From assembly GCF_018350175.1 (NCBI RefSeq), contig NC_058368.1, positions 173,044,001 to 173,108,000 of the forward strand: a DNA stretch of 64,000 nt, given 5' to 3'. Under the pieces are notes generated by a model that searched no databases, had not been told where the DNA came from, and worked only from the letters and a program-made list of their open reading frames with translations. The stretch comes from Felis catus (lineage: Eukaryota). Shown in pieces: positions 39,276 through 51,342 of this stretch (position 1 is the first letter of the stretch; every line of letters begins with the position of its first letter). A program made the position numbers and the translations under genes.

Positions 39276-42000
39276 GTGAGGGCAGAAGTAAGTGAAGGGC
39301 AGAGAGAGAGAGGAGAAAGGGAGGGAGAGAGAGAGAATCCCATGAGGGGCAGAGAGGGGGAAGTGGGGAAGGGAGAGAGAGAGTGAGAGAAGCAGGGCTT
39401 GTGCTCACCCGAAGTGGGACTCAAGCTCACAGGATGCACTTATGAACCGTGAGATCATGACCTGAGCCAAAGTCAGATGCTTAACTGACTGAGCCACCTA
39501 GGTGCTCCTATTTTTTTTATTTTATAGTTTTTTAAAACTTCTATCCCCTCCCTGATGGGGGCTTGAACTCGTGATTCAGAGATCGTGAGTTGCATACTCC
39601 ACTGACTGAGCCAGCCAGGAACCCCAACAAAATGACTTTTTGAAAACACAGATTTAGGGGCACCTGAATGGCTCAGTTGGTTAAGCGTCTGACTTTGGCT
39701 TGGGTCAAGGTCGCATGATTAGTGAGTTCCAGCCCCGCCTCAGGCTCTGCCCTGATAGCTTGGAGCCTACTTCAGATCCTCTGTCTGCCTCTCTCTGCCA
39801 CCCAACCTCCCTGCTCCGTGCACCAGCCCCCCAGCCCCATGCACATTCTCTCAAAAATAAACATTAAAAAATAAAACACAGATTTAACCAACTTACTCCT
39901 CAGCTTTACTCTCTCCCTACCTCCCAGTGGCATCCCCAGCTCCTCAGCCTGGCCCTCAGTGTCCTTCAAGACTGGCCTCTACTGCTCTCTCCTGTCCTAT
40001 CTCCCCTCTCACCAGAGATATGGGTTCTGCGTTCCAGCTGCACTGAACTCCAGGCAAGCCCTCCCGAAGGTGTCTGGTTGGCTCACACACCTTCGTGCCT
40101 TTGCTCTTGCTGCTCTTGTTGCTGGGAGTATCACTTCCTTGGTCCTACCTCCCCTCCTCTCTTCCCTCCGGCCATCACATCAGATGCCTGCCATTCAGCT
40201 TTCTGACTCCTCTCAGGACTTCCCTCTTCTCTGAGAACCTTCCTGACCACCTTGAGCTGGACATTCAAACACACTTCCTCTCTCTGAAAACAGCTCTTCC
40301 ATTTTCTTTGAAGTCCTAGACTTCCTCTACTCCCAGGCCAACCAGGATTTGGGTGGAGCCAACTTCTCCCTGGTTCCTGTGGTGGGCATGTGCCCCTGGA
40401 CTTGGCTAATGAGAATATTCCATCCCCCAGGCTATTATTATTGGGTCAGGGATGAGGATGTGACCCAAGCAGGGCTAATGAGAGCCAGTCTGGGTCTTTT
40501 ATTGGAACTAATGGGAAACTAACACTCTCAGAGGTTACTGAGGCGTGAATATGGAAGCCTAGAACTTCTTGAGAGAGGCTGCTTATGAATGAGGCCAACA
40601 CAGGAAACAAGAAGGCCAAGAGATGGAACATGCCTGGATTTAGCTATGTCTAAAGGCAAAAATTACTATTTTGTCTCATTAATGTGAGACAAATAATTTT
40701 TCTTAAGCTAATTTGCCTTTTTCTTTCTTTTTTTTTTTTTACTCTTTATAAAAATGAAAGGCCCCTAATAAATGTCCTCCCCAGTAGAAATGACTCCTCT
40801 CCCATGGAGCACCTGGGTGGCTCAGTCAAGTTAAGCATCTGACTTTGGCTCAGCTCATGATCTTACAGTGAGTTGGAGCCCCACATTGGGCTCTATGCTG
40901 ACAGCTCAGAGCCTGGAGCCTGGAGCCTGCTTCGGATTCTGTGTCTCCATCTGTCTCTGCCCCTCCCCTGTTCACCCTCTGTCTGTCTCTCTCTGAAATA
41001 AACATTAAAAAAAATTTATAAAAAAAGCAAAAGAGGGGCACCTGTGTGGCTCAGTCAGTTAAGCATCCGACTTCAACTCAGGTCACAATCTCGCAGTCCG
41101 TGAGTTCCAGCCTCGCATCAGGCTCTGGGCTGATGGCTCAGAGCCTGGAGCCTGCTTCCGATTCTGTCTCCTCTCTCTCTGCCCCTCCCCCGTTCATGCT
41201 CTCTCTCTGTCTCAAAAATAAATAAACATTAAAAAAAAATTAAAAAAAAAAAAAAGCAAAAGAAATGACTCCTCCCTCCATTGTGTCTCCACTATCCTCT
41301 GTTGGCTCCCATGCCATCCCATTCACCTGTTCACATGTCAGTGAATTCATCATGTCATTGCTCCTATTTGTTTAAAATCTTTTTTTTTTTAATGTTTGTT
41401 ATTTTTGAGAGGCAGGGGGGAGGAGGGGCAGAGAGGGAAGGGGAAAGAGGATCCGAAGGGGGCCCTGCACTGACAGCAGTGAGCTGGATGTGGGGCTTGA
41501 ACTCACAAACTGTGAGATCATGACCTGAGCCAAAGTCAGTTGCTCAACAGACTGAGCCACTCAGGTGCCCATTTAAAATCTTTCAACAGCTTCCTGTTGC
41601 TTTTAGGACCTGTATTAGTTATCTGTTGCTGCATAACAAATTACCCCAAAACTTAAGGCTTTAGGTAACAAATATTTGGCTGGCTGTTGGCAGAAGACTT
41701 CCATTTCTCTCCACACAAGCCTCTCCACAGGGTTGCATGAACATCTTCATGACATGTCAGCTGGTTTCCCTCAGAGCCAGTGAGTCAAGACAGAAAGACT
41801 AACACTGCAATGTCTTTTATAACTTACACACAGAAGTCACACTTCATCATTTCTGCTTTTTTATTTTTTTTAATTTAAGTAGGCTTCACGCCCAGTGTGG
41901 AGCCCAATGCAGGGCTTGAACTCACGACCCTGAGATCAAGACCTGAGCTGAGAGCAAGAGTTGGTTGCTTAACTGACTGAGCCACCCAGGTGCCCCTCAT
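39217..42000. mobile_element. CanSINE cluster (39217-39508 -, 39510-39625 -, 39657-39870 +, 40806-41030 +, 41035-41255 +, 41380-41570 -, 41857-41996 -)
   Basis: Recognisable heads, bodies and tails; TSDs caaaatgacttt, aaaacacagattta, agaaatgactcctc, aaaaaagcaaaaga, tttaaaatcttt, tcatttctg. Confidence 0.88.
39218..39274. repeat. (TTTC)n microsatellite (SINE tail)
   Basis: Direct reading. Confidence 0.95.
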
Positions 42001-43249
42001 TTCTGTTTTCTTCTATTTGTCTGAAGTGAGTCACTAATTATAGTTCCCTAGGAGTAGGTGGTGTAGTAGGGGGAGAGAGATTAAACTTGACCTTTTGAGG
42101 AGAGGAATATAAGAAATTTGTAGACATATTTTAGAACAACCACAAGGCCATCATACCCTGGCCTAGAACAACCTGTAGAAGGATATGAACCCTTTTGTTT
42201 GTTTGTTCATGTTTGTCATATGAACCCTTTTCTGGGTTTGGGGAATACCCCCATTTCATGTGGCAGCATTCACCTTTCACAATAGAAGCTGAAAATGTTA
42301 GCTATTCCCCCAGTTTCTCTTCCAGCTGAGGCCTAAGTTCTGCAAATTCATAACATCCATTCCAGAGAGCCAATGATGCCCAGGTATAGGGCTTGGAAGG
42401 CCCAAGAGGAATGTTCTCTGGTGGGGGCTGTGGTAACAAGACTGAGCTCTTGGGCACAGGGTGGTGATTTCTTGATGTGTATCTGGATTGGCTGGGCGAG
42501 TGGCACGGGCAGCAGAGTCCAGCATTTTAGTGTTGGTAGAGATAATGGTGTCCTTCCTCCATGGTCCTGTCCTTCCATTCTGTGATGTGACACAGGCAGG
42601 ATGCTGGTCTTATAGCCCACGCCTCATTTTTAGTGTTTTTGGTAGTTCTGTGAACTTAAACTTGCTAGAGTTTGTTTCTTTTGCTTTCAGCTGAAAATCT
42701 TGATACACCCTGAGGGACCTGGCTTCCCCAGTCTTTCTTATCTGGTGACATATTCTCCCTCTTTCAAGGTGCTAGGCATCATCTTGCCGTAGGGCCTTAG
42801 CAAATGCTGTTCCCTCTACCTGGAACATCCTCTCCCCACCTCTCTCTACTTACCCATGGACTAATTCCTATTCAGCCTTCAAGTTTCAGCTTGCATGTCA
42901 CCTGCCCTGCCCCGCCCCCAGCTTAGGCTCAGTCCTTCTATTTTATGCTTCGTCTACATTGGCATTTTCCTTTGCAGCATTTTATCACAGTTGGAATGAG
43001 GTCCTCTATGACATGAAACTGTGTCTCATTCCAGGGTTCTAGCATACAGTGGGGGCTAAGGAAAAATAAATTTCCCTTCCCACCTCTCTAGGGACCTCTG
43101 TCCTATCTTAATAGCCCTCTGCCAGGCACTGCTCAGCCTCTATTAAATTTCCTGACTTTCAAGGAATATTTTCATTCAGGTGCAAGTAAGATATCCCAAC
43201 TCAAATGGACTTACAAAAAATAGTGAGTTTATTGACTTAAGCAATTTAA

Positions 43250-43421
43250 AAATGGTTTATTTATTTTGAGAGAGAGCGAGCAAGAAAGAGAAAATCCCAA
43301 GCAGGCTCCGTGCTGTCAGCGCAGAGCCCTATGTGGGGCTTGAATTCATGAATCATGAGATCATGACCTGAACTGATATCAAGAGTTGGACGCTTAACCA
43401 ACTGGGTCAACCAGGTGCCCC
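43250..43421 (-). mobile_element. CanSINE
   Basis: Reverse-complement body ending ccaggtgcccc; flanking gcaattt repeat. Confidence 0.85.
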
Positions 43422-44663
43422 TGGCTTATGCAATTTTAAAGTCCAGAGGTGGATCAGGATTTAGGAATAGCTAGACCAAGACTCTCTCTTTTTCTTTCTT
43501 TCCTCTGGCTCCATTCTGTGGCAGGTGCTTCCCAAGAAGTAACAAAGAAGGCTAACCAACAGCTCTGCGCTCAAAACCTTCCCATTTAGCAACTCTTTCC
43601 CAATTGTTCTAGCAGAAGCCAGGGGGTTGGAGGTCATCTCGAGCCAGACCACATCAGCTGAGGGTGGGATTCCTCAAGGAAGAAGAAAGGTAAATAGATA
43701 CCAGGACACCAAAACAAGGTGTGGTTACTAGGTGTGATTCTGGAAGTCTTTCTGCAAAATAAACCATTCCCACACATAGTGATTTGAAACATTTACTATT
43801 TGTCAACATTCTGTGGATTAGGTGGGCTCAGCTTGGCAGTTCTCTGGCTAGTCTCTTCTGAGGTTGTTTATGCTGGTGGCATACATATCTTCTTAGGTAA
43901 GTGGAGGTCACTGGGTTGATGAAGAAGCTGAAACATGTATTAGTACTCCTGGGGTGGGGGGAAACAGTACTCCTGGTTATGATAGAAATCCAACTTAAGT
44001 TGACTTAAAGAAAAAGAGTATTGACTGGTAACTAAAAAGTCCTGAGAGTATTAGCTTCAGGCCTCGTTAGATCTAGGTGTTCATCAGAAACCAGTCTCTT
44101 CCCAACTCTCAGCTGTTTTCTCCTGTGATGATTTAATTTTCACACAGATTGTCTTTATGTAGTGGCAAAGATGAACTAACAGCTCCAGAATTATTCTGAT
44201 TGCCCAGGCTTGGGTCACAAGTTCATCCCTGGAACTAGGGACTGGGGTCAGTCTCTCAGAACCACAGGATAGAAGAATGGAACAGAGATGTTACCCAAGG
44301 TAAAAGAGTGAAAGAAAGGCTGATGAGTAGGGCCAACATCAGGTGTCCTCCCAAGCAGCTGACTAAATTAAAGTCTTCAAACAGTGTCCTCTGGAAGGAA
44401 ATGTTCTGAGGGAAGGGCAAGATGGCCTTTGGAAGTAGAGGTGTGCTAACAAAGACTTGGGAACACGGGGGTCAAATCCCTCCATGATTACTTCTTGGTT
44501 GTGTAAGCTCTGCAAGGTTTTACCTCTGAATTTCTGCTGTGAAATCAAGCCTTTTTCAGGTTGTCTTGAGGGCTAAATGAAATATCAAATACAGGAGCTC
44601 AGAAGTCATCCTATTCTCTTCAGTATTCAAATAGTAAGGTCCTGGCGCAGGTCTACTTTGCCC

Positions 44664-44666
<3 letters not shown>

Positions 44667-44706
<40 letters not shown>
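44667..44706. repeat. A40 homopolymer
   Basis: Direct reading. Confidence 0.95.
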
Positions 44707-44708
<2 letters not shown>

Positions 44709-44711
44709 AGC

Positions 44712-44730
44712 GTTCTCCACCTAGTGGCCA
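44712..44730 (-). promoter_or_regulatory. CTCF motif
   Basis: Minus strand TGGCCACTAGGTGGAGAAC, near-consensus core; local CpGs. Confidence 0.5.
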
Positions 44731-47194
44731 TCAGGGTCACCGCGCTGTAGCATTGACCCATTTACAGAACCCTCTAAGGTTTCTTGTGAGCCCCTGGACA
44801 GATGAAGCAGAATTTGTGGAGGACAGTGAACCTGCGAGTGCCAGAACAGGGATATGCCTGCCCTTTCTGTAATGTAGACTTGCATGGGGCAGAGTAGGTG
44901 AGGTTGTTAGGTGGACAAATGGTCAGAAGGAGAAATTGTTTTTTCCTATTCTATTTGACACTAATGACGGCTGATCAGAAGGTCTGGATAGGGATGGGAA
45001 CAGCTCATCTGGTAGAGGCTTTGGTGAAGGGTTTCTTTGTTACCTGCTTTGGGAAGAACTCCTAGCTGCCCATCACTGCCTCTGTAGTACTTGGGCTCAA
45101 ACTGTGATTTCTTACAACTTCTGAGCCAGACAGAAAATAGGAGGCTTCAGGTCACATGAAGCTGGTGGCAGGGTGCAAGACCAACACCCAAGAACCCTGA
45201 ATCCCAGAGTAGTGTCCCCTGTGACGCACTTCATGGTTGCTGTATGTCTACATACATAGCTCTATGTCTGCACTTACGGGTTATTACATCCCAACACCTG
45301 CTTTTCACCCAGCTCAGGGCTAAGAGCTTTACATGCATAATTCTCCTCAGGTGTCATTGGCTGCAGAACCTGAGGTGCCCCTGAGGTTCCTGGGATAAGA
45401 TGAGGTTCCCTAGCAGTGAAAGGTGGCTTCTTGCTGGAGCCCAGGGAAGAACCACCTCTGGCCAGCATGTTGCCCCCCTCCTCTCATCAGATTGAATTAG
45501 GTTTCTGGCATTTCATAAGTCATTGAGACTTAATACAGGACTCTGTGCCAGATGCCATCTGCCTCCAGACTCACCTCCCCAGGAAGACCCAGAGATTACT
45601 TCAGGCCAATAATAGAAGGAGCAGCAGTCATCATTTACATAGTATCTACCATATGTCAGGTACTGTAATTGTTTCATATGTATCTATTCTTTTCATTCCC
45701 ACAATAACCCATACGGTAGGTACTAGTGTTTCACCCGTAAGTACAGGTTAGCTCATCAAGATCACACAGTCCCACAGAGCTAAGATCTGAACTGCAGCTG
45801 CCTGGTTCCAGAGCTTGTTTTTTTTTTGCTGTACACTAGACTGCCTCTCCCGCCATGAGACCTTCCTTAGCCACCAGAGACATGAGCAGGAGCTCCCTCT
45901 GATGTTTACCTGCTGGATTGTGTATTGTGGGTCCTGGGCACTGACATCAGAGACCATTCCAGGCTAGAGAAATTCAAACCTGATCTCAGGAATGCTTAGA
46001 GCAAGAGGAGCTCTGATACGAAGTCAATATGAACCCTTGGGTTCAAATTCCCATGTGCCACCAGAATGTCCAAAATTAGAAAGACTGACAACACCAAATG
46101 CTGGTAAGTTGGTAGAACCACTGTGGAAAACCATTTGGTAGTATCTAGACAAATTAAACATAACCTATCCTATAATGCAGTGATTCTACTCCTGGACATA
46201 TGTGTGCACATGCACACCAAATGACACATACAAAATTTTTCAGAAGAGCTTTATTTATAATAGTTCAAAACTAGAAATAACCCAATTGTCCATCAACAGA
46301 ATTGCTAAATTGTGGTGTATTCATATAACGGACTACTACTACAGAGCATGAAAAAAAAAAAAAAACAAAACTTCTGACACACATACACACACAAACATGG
46401 ATGAATCTCACAGACATAATACTGAGCAAAAGAGGATGTGATTCCATTTTTATAGAATTCAAGAGCAAGCAAAACTAATCTAGGGGGATAGAGGTGAAAA
46501 TAGTGTTTACTTCTGGGAGATAATAACTAGGAAGGGAAACAAAGGAAACTTCTGGGGAGCTGGCAATGTTCTGTATCTTGATCTGGAGGGTGACCACCCA
46601 GATGTACACATACATGTAAGGATTCATCAAATTGTGCTCTAAAAACTGGAGCACGTTACTAAATATATCTCAAAAAGTTAGGGAAAAAGTGATATTTCAA
46701 ATACAGACAACTTCTGGGTATGGCTGACAAGTTATTTTTGCCTACCCACATCCATTCTCCTCCCTTAGTCTGAAAGGAGCCCCACACTTTCCTCTTTTCT
46801 GTTTCAGTCAATGTGTTTTAGGTGTAGCTCACTCTTTCTCAGTCCCCAAATCAGGGGCCTAGTTGCAGTGATTGGTTTAAGAACTGGAACAGGGCCAAGC
46901 TGGTTAATGAATGAATCCCAGAATTTTTTTTGTTGGAATTAGTAAGAAAAGATGATCTTTCCAATGTAGTTGCCCCTCCATCAGGAGACAAGCCTGGAGC
47001 TGCCAGTGGCCATCTTGCTACCTTCTGGAGAGAGTTGGCCTGAGAAAGAGGCCACACAGAGGAAAGCAGAGTGAAATTAAATTCTTCCTGATGACAGTGT
47101 GTCAGAACCTGGATCTAGCCATCCCTGTACTGAAATTTTTCATTAGGTGAATCAATAAATTTCCTTTTTTAGCTAACCACTTTGATTTCAGTAT

Positions 47195-47394
47195 ATTTTA
47201 ATGTTTGTTTTTGAGAGAGAGACAGAGTACGAGCAGGGGATGGGCAGAAAGAGAGAGAGACACAGAATCCGAAGCAGGCTCCAGGTTCTGAGCTGTCAGC
47301 ACAGAGCTGGACTTGGGGCTCGAACTCACGAACTGTGAGATCATGACCTAAGCCGAAGTCGGACACTTAGCCAACTGAGCCACTCAGGCATCCC
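47195..47394 (-). mobile_element. CanSINE (SINEC_Fc-type)
   Basis: Reverse-complement body gacacagaatccgaagcaggctccagg...gccgaagtcggacac. Confidence 0.9.
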
Positions 47395-48927
47395 ATCAGT
47401 TTCTTACAGTTATAAACTGGAGTCTAATAAACTGGGAATCTTGGGTAAAATTATGAGAAATATGGGGGAGCTTGGAATAAAAAATAACCACTGACCCTTG
47501 TCCAATCTGTTTTGTGGCTGCTTGCTCTATGAGCCCATGGCCCTGTCAGATGGTAGGTGAGGCAGGCCCAGGGGTTATATCAGAAGGATTCTGGTCCTTT
47601 TTGGAAAGGGTTCTGGACAAGGAATCTAGAGAACTGGATTCTACTCTCCATTTTGTTGCTTCTTAGTGCCAGGACCTTGGATAAAATAGTACATCACTTT
47701 GACCCTTTTCTATAAAATGGAGTATCATTACCTAGCTCAAAAGGCTGTTATGCAGATCAAATGCAAGTTTCCCAACTTCTCCAGCTTTTTCATACCCTGA
47801 GGTGAGTTAAGACCTTTATCCTGGGCATTCTTGCTGGGCTCTGTAGGACCCTCTGACCATTGCCATAATGATCTTTAACAAGTATGTGAGCTTCCCAAGA
47901 GCAAGAAAGTGTTCATCCCTGTGCCCTCTTGCTGAAAGGGCTGGGCACGTGGCTAACAGGGACTCCTGAATCCAGACTAAGGTCTTACAGGCCAAGGTTC
48001 ATGATACAGCAGCCCACCCACCCTTCTGCCCTTCATTTCCTTGCGTGATAGATGAGGCTGATTCGGACATCTGGATAAATTAGAAGGATTGCAGGGAAAT
48101 TGCTGAGACAGTCTGGGCTTTGGAAGCTGAGAGCTGAGAACCCACCATGGGGGCCACGTAGGGCCTTTCCCAGCGGGTCAAGAGCAGGTACCCAAGAAAG
48201 GCTTGCTGAGTGAAGAATGGGAGCTGAGGCTGCCTGGGAACCTTCCTCAGGTCTGGCTGTCTGAAACTAAGGTTGACAAAAGGCTCCTGAGGCCATCACA
48301 CTCACTCCTTCCCTAGCTCATTTCTGGGTCATAGAAAAGCTTCCTGCAAGAATCTCCAGGCCTGTAAGTCCATGGAACAAACCTAGTGCTGAGTAAGAGC
48401 TGTGAGGGAACAGGCCATCTTTCCTCATACTCATTCATTCATTCAACAAACACTTCATGACACACCACTCCACATTACAGAAGTTGAGATGAAAAAGGTT
48501 AGGTCTCTGTCCTGAAGGCATTAGCCTGGAGAGAGCCAGACTGGACACAACCTCCATTTTGGCTTCCTTATCTATCTCTTATCCTGCTCCCCTGCATTCC
48601 TTCTCCACCTAACAGCCAAATGATCCTCTCAAACAAAGTAGATTCTCATCTTAAACCTTCTAACGACCTCCATGAGACCCTCTGTGACAGGGGGAGATGG
48701 ATAAGTGGATGACGTTGTATTAAGTTTAGGGCACCTGGGAAGTCTCCCACAGGTTGCCAAATAATTAAAAGTTTATCTTTGTCCCACCTTCTTAGATCAG
48801 TATTTAGAGCCCTGGGAGTATGAGAGGGTTGAGGGTGAGGGGTCAAGACACACATACTAGATCCAACGGTAATATGGCCCCAAATCCCAGGTTTGTTAAG
48901 TTGCAGTCTGGCTCATGGGAGAAATTC

Positions 48928-48933
48928 TTTATT
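48928..48933 (-). terminator. ZNF346: Candidate ZNF346 poly(A) signal
   Basis: First canonical AATAAA I found on the minus strand, ~1.3 kb after the stop codon. Confidence 0.45.
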
Positions 48934-50260
48934 TAGATGCTTCAGTGACCAAGAGACAGAGCATAAGCACGCGCACACACACACCCATACACAATACATA
49001 AAGGCATTTCACAGGCAAAGGGATAGGCAATGGGGCGGGGGTGGGGGGGTGGGGGGAGAGGCCACGAGAGCAGCTAGGGGCTTCTTTGACTCAATGAAGG
49101 GGGGCCTATGATGGTGACACTCCTTGGGATTCCCGCTTGAAAGCTACAAGGAAATATCCACTCCCAGTGAAATCCCAGGCCGTAAAAGACAGCAGAGTTG
49201 GAGATATCTAGGTTTGGGGCCTGGGGAACACCTGTTTCCTCACTGCAGAAACCTGCACTGGCTCTCCTTTCTTTCCCTGGTACCCAGGAATCTCCTGGTG
49301 GATAATGGAAGAGGGCTAGCACCACAGCAACCTGGACAGGTGGTCTCCTACATGAGGAGGAGAGGGCTAGTAGAGCCAAGGAGCAGCAATGGACCTTTGA
49401 GCTGGCTGGCATGAGATAGTTCACCTTTTAAGGGCACAGAATCATCAAGAAAACTTGCATGTGGGGGCTTTCCCACATGACCCTGGGTCAGAGCACCTCT
49501 CTGATGGGGGAGGGGAAAAGGCCCCCCTCTTAGAGCTTTCATAATCCCACTGGATACCGAGGCCTCCTCCAGCTCTAGCTTTTCCCCAGCTGATGCATAT
49601 CCTTAGCACCATTCAGGAACTGTGGAGAAGAGGCAGAAGGACAGCACTGCTCTGCCAGGACTGTGTCATTGCTCCAGGAGGAGACTTCACAGTGGGCAGA
49701 AAACTGTGTAACTGGCCAGCATCTGATCTCAGGCTCAGGAAAGCCTGCACTTTTTGGGGAAAGGGAGTGTGTCATGTTAGCTCCAAGCTCCCATAGGGCA
49801 GCCACTTCCATCTGCCCTTTCCTACCTAGGCAGAACTCTGGTGTGAAAGCTCCAGGTTTCACTGGAGCTGCCTGGAGCCCAGGGACAGCTCAGTTCTTTA
49901 GCCACAGAGACTGGTTCAAAAATGACCTGCAAAGGAAAGACAGGCCTGGGGCTCATGACATATGGCCCAAAGAGGCTGGGGAAGGGGAAAGGCCATCCTC
50001 CAAACTACTATTCTGTGAGGCCCCAAGTCCTTTCAAGATCCACCCCCTTCCCTTGTCCTGACCTAGAGGGCCCATTCCAAAGGGGAAGAGCAGGGGTGGA
50101 TTAGCCTGGACCAATCAGAGGCTATCTGTGGCCCACTCCTGCCTAAGGCCTATGTGTTCTCCAGGTATAAGAAAGGAGGAAGAGGGAGCCAAGGGCTGAC
50201 CATGGTCACGGGAAGCTGGCTCACGGCTGGTTCAACCTGGGGTGCTGGACAGAAACACCT

Positions 50261-50348
50261 CTAGTCTTCCAAGGTGACTGAGTCTTTCTGAATGGGCTGC
50301 CTTTGCATTGGAATCTGGCCCAGGGGTGATGCCATTGTTTTTGGTGAC
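50261..50348 (-). CDS. ZNF346: ZNF346 last coding exon
   Basis: [31 protein letters not shown] after a ctacag acceptor. Confidence 0.95.
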
Positions 50349-51309
50349 CTGTAGTTTGAGAAGGAATAAACACACAGGGTCAGTTTGTGGTGGTTATGAT
50401 GGTGCTCCAGGTAATTTTCTAAAGATAGTACAGCTCTTCCAGGGCCTTGGAGTAATAAGGTGACCAGGTCTCCTTTACTGAGGGTCACTGCATGCTAGGC
50501 ACAATGCTGGGTGCTTTGCTTCTAGCATCCTATTTAATCTTCATGGCAATTCTACAAGGCGGGGATAGTACCCCTGTTTTGTATATAAGGAAACTAAAGT
50601 TCAGAAAGTCTAAGTCACCTGACCCCAGTAGGCTTTTTATTGTTGTTTTCTGTTTTGTTTTTTTTTAATTTTTAAAATTAAATAATTATGTTGTTGTTGT
50701 TGTTGTTGACCATCCCTCCACCCTTAAGCTTTTTAAAAGTGTGGCAGGTTCAGGACAGCAGCCCACATCTCTCCACTACCAAACCATTTATTCTGCCTAT
50801 AGGGCCCTATATGACCTGGATAGTACAGACTGATCATTCTTTCCCTCACACTGAGTCAAAAGTGGCTCTCCAGTCACTCTATCCCACTTTCTGCGTACCT
50901 AGTAATAACTGATATTGTCTTATTTGTTTATGGATTTGTTTAGGATCTGCTTCTACCACTAGATGGGGATCCAAAAAAATCAGGGAACAGCATTGATCCT
51001 GGTTCCTACTGTAGCCCTAGTGCTCCATATAGGACCTGGCACATAGTAGGTACTCAATAAATATTTGTTGAATGAATGAAAGCTTACCTCTAATAGTTCC
51101 CTTTTCTGGTACCAGCATTTCACATACTTTATCTCTAACTCTCAGGTCATCCCATAAGGTGAGGATAATGAGCCCCATATGCAATGGCAGAGCAAAATAA
51201 ATGTACTTTGGAATCAAAAGGTTTGAATTCTGGGTCTAACTCCAAGTAACTAAGTGGCTTGGGCAAGTCACTTAACCTACCTGACATTGGGTTTCCTCAG
51301 GTCGTAAAG

Positions 51310-51342
<33 letters not shown>

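Larger units (their letters stand above)
38790..47170. mobile_element. Scattered MLT1/MaLR LTR relics (e.g. ~38830-39160, 40330-40750, 41610-42145, 43180-44350, 46720-47170) and an L1ME-like fragment (~46070-46680)
   Basis: MLT1-like motifs (tgtattagttatctgttgctgcataacaaattaccccaaaactta; ggcaagatggtggc..cagctcc); L1 3' motif aagactgacaacaccaaatgctgg. Confidence 0.6.
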
